From an uncultured Lentisphaeraceae bacterium (GTDB lineage Bacteria > Verrucomicrobiota > Kiritimatiellia > RFP12 > DVOR01): a DNA stretch of 56,909 nucleotides. Shown piece by piece: positions 49,243 to 56,909 of the stretch; positions within the stretch are counted from its first letter, which is position 1, and every line of letters starts with the position of its first letter. The stretch covers positions 1 through 56,909 of the forward strand of contig CAYZIC010000004.1 of NCBI GenBank assembly GCA_964478335.1, given 5' to 3'. The notes beneath the pieces were generated by a model that was not told where the DNA came from, searched no databases, and saw only the letters and a program-made list of their open reading frames with translations. Both the position numbers and the translations under genes were made by a program.

Positions 49243-50712
49243 GCCACACACGGCGGTGACTTCCTCTAAAGTAGTGATGCCCTCTCGGGCTTTGTTTATG
49301 CCATCGGCCAGGAGCGTCAAGCAACCATCAACGCCAAAGGCTTCGTGCGCCAAGGCGGCTTCATTGGCACCTTGCACCATGGCTTGTCGAATCTGCTTGG
49401 ACATGGGGACAATCTCATAGATCGCCGCACGACCAGAATATCCCGTATTGCCATCAAGCGCAGTGGGATTCGCCACGGGCACCTGAATAGCCGACGTAGC
49501 CTCGGGACTGCCCATGAGCAGGAGCTCCTCCTCTGTCGCATCACGCCAGGTCATGCTGTGGGGGCTGGGACGACGCACCAAACGCTGCGCCATCACCAGG
49601 CGCACCGTCGAGGCAATCAAAAACTGCGGCACCTTGAGGTCCAAGAGACGCGTAATCACGCCAATGGCATCATTGGTGTGTACCGTCGAGAGCACCAAGT
49701 GACCAGTCAAAGCCGCTCGCACAGCAATGTCGGCGGTCTCTTCGTCACGGATCTCACCCACCAGCACGACATCTGGGTCGTGACGCAGGACCGACCGCAA
49801 CGCCTTATTAAAGGTAACCCGGCCTTGAGATTCATCGATCTTGACCTGCGTGACCCCAGCCAACGGCATTTCCACGGGGTCCTCTAAGCTAATAATGTGA
49901 CGGCCGCCCTTGTCTCGCAAATAGCGCAACGCCGCATAGAGCGTCGTTGTCTTACCCGAGCCAGTCGGTCCTGAGACCAGAATGATGCCATTGGGCATTT
50001 CGAGGGCATTGATGAGCGCTTGCTTATGCGCTGGGCTCAGGCCGAGGGCATTGAGGTCGGCGAGATTTTCGCTACCACTGTCAGCCAAAATACGCAGCGT
50101 GAGGTGCTCGCCATTGAGCGTGGGGATGGTGGCCACACGCAGGCTAACAGTTTCGTCGCCCAGAGGCAAGGAGATGGCACCGTCGAGGGGGGTGCGTTTT
50201 TCGGCGACATCGAGGTCAGCGAGGAGCTTGATGACTGCGGTCAATTCGTCGCGCTGGAGGTCGCCCAGTTGCATCATATCGCGACACTTGCCATCGATAC
50301 GAAATCGTACCGTGGCACCCTTTTCATCAGCATCGATGTGAATATCCGACGCACGCTGAGCGAGGGCTTGGTTGAGGATTGTCTTAAAGAGCCTCTCTGC
50401 GCCAATGCCATCAATGGCACTGGCCGAGGGGTAGAGACGCTTAAAGAGGTTGTCAAAGGCCTCTTTGTCGCCACAGAGCACGGGCACCACTGGGCGATCG
50501 GTGTGTCCCTCAATTGTATCAATGGCATCCAAAATGGAGTCGAGCTGCTGGGTCTGCGTCGCACCATCAAAGTTACGAAAGGCCACGACCAGCGCATCGC
50601 CCTGCAGCGAAACTGGCAAGACGGCCAAACGCTTAGCCATCGCAGGCGGGATCAGCTTGATCATTTCTGGCGCAATGGAGATCTTGCGCAAATTGACATC
50701 GATCGGTTTCAT
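49240..50712 (-). CDS. Assembly ATPase PilB/GspE lacking the tetracysteine motif
   Basis: ASDIHI, GPTGSGKTT, LEDPVE, LRHDPD..VGEIRD, GHLVLSTVH, TGYSGR. Confidence 0.92.
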   Translation of the reverse strand: MKPIDVNLRKISIAPEMIKLIPPAMAKRLAVLPVSLQGDALVVAFRNFDGATQTQQLDSILDAIDTIEGHTDRPVVPVLCGDKEAFDNLFKRLYPSASAIDGIGAERLFKTILNQALAQRASDIHIDADEKGATVRFRIDGKCRDMMQLGDLQRDELTAVIKLLADLDVAEKRTPLDGAISLPLGDETVSLRVATIPTLNGEHLTLRILADSGSENLADLNALGLSPAHKQALINALEMPNGIILVSGPTGSGKTTTLYAALRYLRDKGGRHIISLEDPVEMPLAGVTQVKIDESQGRVTFNKALRSVLRHDPDVVLVGEIRDEETADIAVRAALTGHLVLSTVHTNDAIGVITRLLDLKVPQFLIASTVRLVMAQRLVRRPSPHSMTWRDATEEELLLMGSPEATSAIQVPVANPTALDGNTGYSGRAAIYEIVPMSKQIRQAMVQGANEAALAHEAFGVDGCLTLLADGINKAREGITTLEEVTAVCG

Positions 50713-50713
50713 C

Positions 50714-51397
50714 TTACTTACTCTCCTCTAAATAGTAGATGGCGAGTCTAAAGGTGAAGTCCATGGTTTGGCGATCTTTAGCGGGGACGAGTTTCATTTG
50801 GGTCAGCTCAATGCGCCAGGGCAACCGCTTTACCAGCTCAATGAAGACTTGGATTTGTCGATAGCTGCCACGCACGACATAGTCGTGATGCCAAACAGAG
50901 AGCGGGCCATGCTTGACCGGTGGCGGCGTTTTCACGACGCGGGCAGAGCGTCCCGACTTCTTGGCCTGCTCTTGGGCAATGCGCACTGGATCATAGAGCG
51001 TCTCGGAGAGCAGCGCCATTTGGCTAACCTTGAGAGCGGACTGCAGGTCTGAGAGCACGGTCAAATGGTGCTTAGGGTTGAGGACTTCGGCGCTTTGACG
51101 ATACGCGTCGACACGCTTTTGCCAGCTCTCAATTGAGCCTTGGAGACGCTCGGTGCGACCAAGGGCCATGATGATCTCTTCGTCTTTGGCGGGATCGAGG
51201 TTTTCGGGGACTTCGAGGCCTTTTTGCAAACGCGCCAGGTCGGCGTTGAGGGGTTTGATGACGTGCTTAACCATCATGAGGGCGAGGATGAGGCTGACCG
51301 ATGCGCCCAACGCCAAGCGTCCATAAAAGGGCACCTTGGCCCAACCAGAGGTTAATTCGTGGCCCCAAATGCGGAGCTGTCTTTTTGCGGTATGCAT
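50714..51397 (-). CDS. PilO/GspM-like protein
   Basis: N-terminal TM helix, coiled coil, VRGSYRQIQVFI. Confidence 0.6.
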   Translation of the reverse strand: MHTAKRQLRIWGHELTSGWAKVPFYGRLALGASVSLILALMMVKHVIKPLNADLARLQKGLEVPENLDPAKDEEIIMALGRTERLQGSIESWQKRVDAYRQSAEVLNPKHHLTVLSDLQSALKVSQMALLSETLYDPVRIAQEQAKKSGRSARVVKTPPPVKHGPLSVWHHDYVVRGSYRQIQVFIELVKRLPWRIELTQMKLVPAKDRQTMDFTFRLAIYYLEESK

Positions 51398-51398
51398 A

Positions 51399-52754
51399 TT
51401 ACTTCACCTCCAAGATGAAATCGGTTAAGGTGGGGTCATCTGGGTTGGGCTTAGCGACCAAAGGGACGACCTTCTTGTGTGTGGTGTGAATGGCCTCTTG
51501 GAGCTGTTGGGCAAAGGGGCTGACCTCTTGCGCCCACCGCGTCTGTCCGTGAATGACAAGGCGGTCGGTCAATTGCTCAATCTTAGTCACAGTCGAGAAT
51601 TTAGGCGTCGTCTTGGAGAGGGCATGGTAAATGGCATCAAAGCTCCCTGTCAATGGTGCGGGGCTCGATTGCAAGAGGGTGTAAAGGTTACGCAGGTGGT
51701 TGAGCTTAGCGGTCGCGGCCTTTAAGCCGTCGGAGGCGCGTTTTTGTTCGGACTCGAGGGTGCTGATCGATGTGCGCAACGCCGTGAGGCGATTCTTTTC
51801 TAGCGTCTTGATCGACCACATCGCACCCAAGATACCAGCAGTCAAGACAATCAATGCCACGCACAAGATCGAGCCGATGTACTTGTCGTCTTTGGGCGGT
51901 GGGGGCAAAATTGCAAAGCCGAGTGGATCCTCTAGCATATAGGGCGAGGCATTGGCGACAATGTCAAAGCAAGTCAACCTAAAATTCGGCTTGTCGATCG
52001 TCGTAATCGACAGCTCTGGATCAAGCCCCTGGAGCCAAAGTTGATAGTGCGGCAAGGAATTCGCCGGACAGGTAAGCACGAGGCCTTTGTGCAAGTAGGT
52101 GCGCAAACGGCGCTCCGCACGGCGGTCTTGCTCGGGGTCTTCCTCGGCAAAGGTAATGGGCAGGTCGCGATAGGAGACGAGCGATTCGCCCTCAGCTCGA
52201 CCAATGACATAAGAGCGCTTAAGGCCAATGGACAGGAGTGCATGGTCTGCTGGCAACTGGTGAAGCGCAGCATAGGCCAGCAAAAGGGAGAGCTGCGAGG
52301 TGACCCCCTCGAACCGCAAACCGTGGTGTTCGCAGCTCTCCGTATAGGCCAAGATCATCTGCCGGTCAAATATTGCGCCGACGAGATGATTCTCCGCATC
52401 GCCCATGCCCAAGCGATTGACGCTGGCCATGGCCGTGGCAATGGAGTCGGTATCGCAGTCTTGCTTAATGGCAGCAGCCTCATTGAGCTGTTGGTGCAGG
52501 GTAGCGGGATCGAGATAAACGGGTTGAGCGGTGGGCAATTCGAGGGTTTCGAGCTCAGCAGGCACGACCACACGCACTTGCAATGCGCCATGGGTGTCGC
52601 CCCATTCGAGTAAGCTCTCGGGAAGAATTTCGACATGCGGGTCGTCGAGTTGCGTTTGTTGCCAGCTCGACTGGTGATAGAGGCCTGCATACCACGTCTT
52701 GCCATCATGGATCAAAACGAGTGTCTTGGCCTGTTTTTTACTATGGGGTGCCAT
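51399..52754 (-). CDS. GspL-like (PilM-PilN fusion-type) protein
   Basis: About 290-aa cytoplasmic domain, single TM helix, coiled coil, LVIHGQT PilN-like end; operon position. Confidence 0.55.
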   Translation of the reverse strand: MAPHSKKQAKTLVLIHDGKTWYAGLYHQSSWQQTQLDDPHVEILPESLLEWGDTHGALQVRVVVPAELETLELPTAQPVYLDPATLHQQLNEAAAIKQDCDTDSIATAMASVNRLGMGDAENHLVGAIFDRQMILAYTESCEHHGLRFEGVTSQLSLLLAYAALHQLPADHALLSIGLKRSYVIGRAEGESLVSYRDLPITFAEEDPEQDRRAERRLRTYLHKGLVLTCPANSLPHYQLWLQGLDPELSITTIDKPNFRLTCFDIVANASPYMLEDPLGFAILPPPPKDDKYIGSILCVALIVLTAGILGAMWSIKTLEKNRLTALRTSISTLESEQKRASDGLKAATAKLNHLRNLYTLLQSSPAPLTGSFDAIYHALSKTTPKFSTVTKIEQLTDRLVIHGQTRWAQEVSPFAQQLQEAIHTTHKKVVPLVAKPNPDDPTLTDFILEVK

Positions 52755-52774
52755 ATGGATCAATCTCCCTTATC

Positions 52775-54061
52775 TTACTTTACAATGACGGTTGTGCCGC
52801 GGGCGGCAGTGGCTCTGCTAATCGTTACACGGATCGGTCCCGCTTGCTTGCTACCATCGGTGGTGTAGACCCAGAGGAGGCGTTCGCCAACGGGCACATC
52901 CTTAAAGGTAACGGTAGTCCCTGATGGGCCATCGCGGCCAATGCCCGCCAGGCTCACGGGGGTAGAGAGCTCAATGGGAAAGGCCTTGACAATCTCAGCA
53001 TCTGTAGCCGTGCTACGTTGACCAATCCGCAAACGATACCCCAAGGTGCCGCTCTGCTTGTAGAGGGTGCGTTCGCAGAGGTCTGGGGACTGGCCAGGGA
53101 TGCAATAGGGATGATAGAGGTGAATGACCACATCGTCAGTCACAGGAGCCCCACCCTCGCCCGTGGTCACCGTCACCGGCCAATCCACGGCCACCAATTC
53201 AGGATCAAAGACAAAGAGCTGATTGCGCAGATTCAAGTCGGCGGCCTTGTCGGCGTCACTGGCTGCATCATCGATATTGAGAGAATAACACGCCCGTATC
53301 TGTTGCCGCGAATCAAAAGTTATTTCCGAACCCTCGTGGCGAACGTCGCTGAGCCAGCCGCCCCATACGTCGGATTGGATTTCGAGCTGGGTGAGGCGTT
53401 CGAATGATGCCACCTGCGTCACAAAGGGCTTACCAGAGTGAGTGCCTGCGCTAAAGGTCGTCTTGTCATTGAGATACCACGTATTGCCAAAGCCATCATA
53501 GGTCGAGGTGATACCCTTGTCAAAGTCAAAGGGCTGCGACGACTCGACATAAGGCCCCGCCCAACCCGCTTGCAGCGAGATCGTCGTGGGCGCACCATTT
53601 GGCAAGGTCACGCCCGTTAGAGCCTTGGGCTCAATCGAGGCCACGCGGCTAGTCAATTGGTTGCGGTGGGCTAGGCCCGTATTGTACAATTCGCTCAAAT
53701 AGGGCTGGCGTACCTTTTGGTAAGGATCTTGATCAATGTCATCCATCACCATGGGATAGCGCCCCATGTCATTGACAAAACGGCTCGGTTCGGAGGCGGT
53801 GCCAGCGACAGCCCGCTGAAAGATCTCGCCACGGCGCTGGGTCTCTTCCCACATATGGTGCTGGCCGTTTTCACTCGTATGCACCAACACCAACGACGCC
53901 ACCGCAGCCAAAATCGTCAAGGTAATGAGCAGCTCAATGAGCGAAAAGCCCGAGCGGCATGCGGCCTCTTGGGAGTTGGGAGATGGGAAATGGGGGAGGA
54001 GGCTACGCCTCCTAGTGCCAGTTCCAGTTTCGAGTTCCAGAGTTTGGATTGGGGGTTGCAT
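52775..54061 (-). CDS. Large minor prepilin/pseudopilin
   Basis: G|FSLIELLITLTILAAV; FVNDMGRYP; GWAGPY. Confidence 0.85.
   Translation of the reverse strand: MQPPIQTLELETGTGTRRRSLLPHFPSPNSQEAACRSGFSLIELLITLTILAAVASLVLVHTSENGQHHMWEETQRRGEIFQRAVAGTASEPSRFVNDMGRYPMVMDDIDQDPYQKVRQPYLSELYNTGLAHRNQLTSRVASIEPKALTGVTLPNGAPTTISLQAGWAGPYVESSQPFDFDKGITSTYDGFGNTWYLNDKTTFSAGTHSGKPFVTQVASFERLTQLEIQSDVWGGWLSDVRHEGSEITFDSRQQIRACYSLNIDDAASDADKAADLNLRNQLFVFDPELVAVDWPVTVTTGEGGAPVTDDVVIHLYHPYCIPGQSPDLCERTLYKQSGTLGYRLRIGQRSTATDAEIVKAFPIELSTPVSLAGIGRDGPSGTTVTFKDVPVGERLLWVYTTDGSKQAGPIRVTISRATAARGTTVIVK
53955..54058. repeat. Composite repeat copy encoding a prepilin leader
   Basis: Encodes LELETGTGTRRRSLL...SQEAA. 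Confidence 0.9.
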
Positions 54062-54068
54062 CAGGTCG

Positions 54069-54110
54069 TTAGAGGTTAGAGGTTAAAGGTTAAAGGTTAA
54101 AGGTTAGAGG
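54069..54110. repeat. CCT(C/T)TAA heptamer array x6 on the minus strand
   Basis: ttagagg/ttaaagg units directly upstream of ATG 54061. Confidence 0.9.
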
Positions 54111-54154
54111 CGCTATCAGTGAGCAAATCCTAAATTCTAGGAGCCGCAGCCGCC

Positions 54155-55081
54155 TCAGTTGATGAGGGGAAAAACTTGATCGTCAAAGATCGGCGTGCCC
54201 TTGTCATCTCGCTTGGCCGATTCTTCGCGGAGCTTGGCTTCGCTGATGTACCCCCAAGCATCGACCCAACCCGTATCAGCGTAATCTAAGCTCAAGCTGG
54301 TGGACAATTCATGGGGCAAGTCCAATTTGCCATTGGGACCGACAAAGACCAGGGAGAGACGCCACGGTGAGGGTGCCGTATTGCCACCAGTCCCCGTTTT
54401 GCGGCTGGCAATGATGCGGTAATAACGCCCCAGCTGCGGACGATTGGCATCATAATAGGGATCAAAAACAACAGGGAGGGGCTGAGCATCTTGGCTAGGA
54501 GTCAGCTTACCCGAGACCTCTTGCCCTCCCTGTGTCAAATCAAAGCAATGCACCTTGGCGCCATCAGGCAGCCCACGCGCCTCGGGGACTAAATAGGGGC
54601 CCGCCCAACCAATTGTGGGATGCGAGACGCCGCGTACTTGGCGAATCACCCGATGCCACGCTGGTGCGTGACCGCCAATTGGCGTGCGCACACTGTAGGA
54701 GCTATTTTGCGGTTCGGTTGCATAGACCAAAGGATACAAGCCCATGAGCGCCAAATAGGGATACTGGTGGTTGCTCGGGGCACAATCTGATAAAAAGGAT
54801 AAATAGGCCGATTCGATACGGCGCGCTTCAGCGATCACCAATTTGCTATTCACAGCCTTGGGACCGACATCATTAAACTGCGGCAAGACGATCGCCACCA
54901 ATGCCGCCAGGATCGTCACCACGATCATCAGCTCAATCAAAGAGAATCCCCAACGGCCTGCGGCCTCTTGGGAGAGGAGGCTACGCCTCCTAGTTCCAGT
55001 TCCAGTTTCGAGTTCCAGTGTTGGGTGCCTGATGCTTGGTGCTTGGTGCGTGAGCGTAGCGAAGTGCTTGTAACTGTTCAT
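54155..55081 (-). CDS. Large minor prepilin/pseudopilin
   Basis: G|FSLIELMIVVTILAAL; GWAGPYL; DPY; GPNG. Confidence 0.85.
   Translation of the reverse strand: MNSYKHFATLTHQAPSIRHPTLELETGTGTRRRSLLSQEAAGRWGFSLIELMIVVTILAALVAIVLPQFNDVGPKAVNSKLVIAEARRIESAYLSFLSDCAPSNHQYPYLALMGLYPLVYATEPQNSSYSVRTPIGGHAPAWHRVIRQVRGVSHPTIGWAGPYLVPEARGLPDGAKVHCFDLTQGGQEVSGKLTPSQDAQPLPVVFDPYYDANRPQLGRYYRIIASRKTGTGGNTAPSPWRLSLVFVGPNGKLDLPHELSTSLSLDYADTGWVDAWGYISEAKLREESAKRDDKGTPIFDDQVFPLIN
54951..55068. repeat. Composite repeat copy encoding a prepilin leader
   Basis: Encodes FATLTHQAPSIRHPTLELETGTGTRRRSLLSQEAAGR. Confidence 0.9.
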
Positions 55082-55149
55082 TGTGCCCCTATCCCATAGT
55101 CCAAATTCTATTCGCGAGCATGCCTTGTATTCCTGACTCTTAAGCGGCT

Positions 55150-55357
55150 AGGAGGCGCAGCCTCAGTTACACGAGCTTTGCTCGTTCCCGCACAGGCGCA
55201 GCCTGTTCCATTGATTTTTTTGAGGAGCGGGTGCCTTGCTCAGTTTGCTCGTTCCCGCACCGCTGTAGGCGGTTCCCGCACACGGCGCAGCCGTAAAAAG
55301 ACCCCTACCCACCTATCATTTTGAGGTTTATTAATGGATGAACGGTGAATAGGGGTC
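55150..55357. repeat. Hairpin cluster downstream of the major pilin, with GTTCCCGCAC x3
   Basis: gaggc-gca-gcctc, acaggc-gca-gcctgt, acggc-gca-gccgt; gaccccta...taggggtc long stem. Confidence 0.7.
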
Positions 55358-55430
55358 GAGGTATGGATGTGTTTTGTTTGTTTGTAACAGGATGTGCGAG
55401 CCTAGAGGATCCCTAGGCCCGCGAGAATCA

Positions 55431-56345
55431 TTAAGGATTCAAAGAGCCGCCCTCGGGGCAAACGGTGCCGAGCAACTTAGCAGGCGTGCCGTCGTTGAAG
55501 ACCTTAAAGATGCACATGTAGTAACGGAACTCCGCGCCACCTTCGAGCCAAGGGCAAGCGCCCTCTTGAGCGACACCAACCTTGGAGGCATTGGGCACGC
55601 CATCGATGTAGTAGTGCTCCCAGTCGACAGTCGGTGCAGCAAAGAGAGGCACCACGATGCCATTTTTATCACCCCAGCCAGTATCCGCAGCCGTAGCATC
55701 GAGCGTCATGTCGTCAGCATTGGCATATTGATAAGCATAGAGCGGGATGCCATTGATCGAGATCGGAGCAGAGGCGGTATCAAGCTTGTCGGTAGCCTTA
55801 CCAGTAGCATCCGTTTCCCACGCTTCATACCAGTTGCCCGTGATCGAGTTGACGTAGCCAGAATCCGCAGCGACCTTGACCTTTTCCATCTTCAATGGAT
55901 CAGCAGCATCTTGGCTAAAGCCACCATAGGCCAAGTTGATCATACCAGCAGCACGAAGCGATTCGGCTTGCTCAGCGGTGAGCTTAACCTGAGTTGTGCT
56001 TACCTTGTCGGCCTTGTCTTTACCCTCGCCCAAGTTAATGGCAGTAAAGGAGGGGATCTTAGCGCCCTTTTCAGCACCAGCAGTGCCAAAGCCCATCAAG
56101 TCCTCAGCGGTAGAGAGTCCCAAACCGGTGTGCAAGCCAGCAGGATAGACGCTGTTGAGAGATTGGAAGCTATTGAGCTGACGGAGCGTGGCATAGTTGG
56201 ATGCATCGCAACCTGTATCCTTAGCGTCGGTTTCCACGTTGCTAAATTGAGGGATCAAGATTGCGGTAAGTGCGCCGAGAATCACCACAACGATCATCAA
56301 TTCGATCAAGGAGAAACCAGCTTTAGCAGATTTGGACAGATTCAT
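55431..56345 (-). CDS. Probable major pilin (unusually large, 304 aa, acidic)
   Basis: Short leader MNLSKSAKAG|FSLIELMIVVVILGAL; first pilin of the operon; C-terminal Cys residues. Confidence 0.85.
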   Translation of the reverse strand: MNLSKSAKAGFSLIELMIVVVILGALTAILIPQFSNVETDAKDTGCDASNYATLRQLNSFQSLNSVYPAGLHTGLGLSTAEDLMGFGTAGAEKGAKIPSFTAINLGEGKDKADKVSTTQVKLTAEQAESLRAAGMINLAYGGFSQDAADPLKMEKVKVAADSGYVNSITGNWYEAWETDATGKATDKLDTASAPISINGIPLYAYQYANADDMTLDATAADTGWGDKNGIVVPLFAAPTVDWEHYYIDGVPNASKVGVAQEGACPWLEGGAEFRYYMCIFKVFNDGTPAKLLGTVCPEGGSLNP

Positions 56346-56481
56346 GTGAAAAGTACCTTTCGGATTTGTTGAGGATTAGAGAATCGTTTTGAAGCAATCT
56401 AATGATTAGTTTTCTAGGCATATCTGGCGCACCCAGAATCAAAAACCAATCAAGCGTGAGGGTGATGAGGAGAAAAACACC

Positions 56482-56706
56482 CTACACCGACTTGTTGGCG
56501 CCTAGCGAAACCGCCGAATCTTTACGAGGATCATCCTGCCAAGGTACGACAAACCGAAATTCACGCCCCGAGCGGACCAAGATTTCCTTGGTGCCATGCT
56601 TGTAGATGCGCATTTCAACTTCGAGCTTACCACAGCCATCATGGCTAAAGAGCTCTTTGTATAATTCGGCTATCTTACCGACAACTTGTTGATTCGTTTG
56701 ATTCAT
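56482..56706 (-). CDS. Small conserved-looking hypothetical protein leading the pilus operon
   Basis: ATG 56706 with RBS AGGA; LYKELFSHDGCGKLEVEMRI..KEILVRSGREFRFVV. Confidence 0.6.
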   Translation of the reverse strand: MNQTNQQVVGKIAELYKELFSHDGCGKLEVEMRIYKHGTKEILVRSGREFRFVVPWQDDPRKDSAVSLGANKSV

Positions 56707-56743
56707 TGCGTTCCTAACTAGTCTGCTTTCAAAAACTGGGCGT

Positions 56744-56773
56744 AAGTTAGCACAAACAAACACTAAAAGTCAA
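56744..56773 (-). promoter_or_regulatory. Candidate promoter of the pilus operon
   Basis: TTGACT-18 bp-(TGc)TAACTT. Confidence 0.4.
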
Positions 56774-56880
56774 CGCAAAAGTTAACAAAAGTGAAGAAAC
56801 TTCCCCGAGATCTAGATGGATACAATGACATATCACATAAATAAAGTTTACGAAAACTAAGAAAGCCCCCCCCCCATGGG

Positions 56881-56909
56881 GGAGGAGGCTACGCCTCCTA
56901 GTTCCAGTT
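56881..56909. repeat. Composite repeat copy truncated by the window end
   Basis: ggaggaggctacgcctcctagttccagtt is identical to 44393-44421. Confidence 0.9.

Noticed and set aside
55184-55281. GTTCCCGCAC x3 resembling a CRISPR repeat fragment
   Set aside because: Only 10 bp, irregular spacing (67 and 21 bp), no cas genes; it also occurs at about 25619 as part of the REP-like family.
52775-56345. Shufflon or diversity-generating retroelement acting on the pilins
   Set aside because: The repeats are direct rather than inverted; no recombinase, reverse transcriptase or TR/VR pair is visible in the window.
55374-56372. Long antisense or alternative-frame ORFs (also 2090-3019, 981-1730, 28878-29729, 24099-24809, 50020-50751)
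   Set aside because: Shadows of well-supported genes, with no recognisable motifs.
56815-56845. Zur/Fur box upstream of the pilus operon
   Set aside because: Only a weak TGATATGTCA dyad; cannot be assigned without comparative motif analysis.

Overview
Bacterial chromosomal window of roughly 55% GC (estimated by eye). Gene content and style suggest a Gram-negative PVC-type organism such as Kiritimatiellota/Lentisphaerota; this is inference only. 0.5-37.7 kb is mostly housekeeping: PMM/manC, pdp/cdd, trmO, a surA-like PPIase, rsmA, prc, dxs, polA, mnmE, a hemC-cobA-hemD fusion, recR/ybaB/dnaX, htpG, an FNT channel, and rpmB/obgE/rpmA/rplU. 37.9-56.9 kb is a co-oriented minus-strand accessory block with two parts. 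The first is a hybrid T2SS/type IV pilus operon: a small upstream ORF, three unusually large prepilins, GspL/PilMN-, PilO-, PilB/GspE-, PilC-, PilP-like and secretin genes, and PilT. The second is a His-rich heavy-metal RND system. The assembly ATPase has lost all four Zn-binding cysteines, and several neighbouring proteins are His-rich, which suggests a metal (zinc)-linked pilus system. A modular DNA repeat made of GNA-triloop hairpins and heptamer arrays occupies many gene junctions of this block. It also lies in frame inside several proteins, including two prepilin leaders. Other oddities are an ExbD-like domain inside Prc, a HemC without its cofactor-Cys domain, an L27 without the AHKK N-terminus, a degenerate NYN with twin Zn ribbons, and 22/23-bp periodic arrays. 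All calls come from motif reading; no database searches were run.
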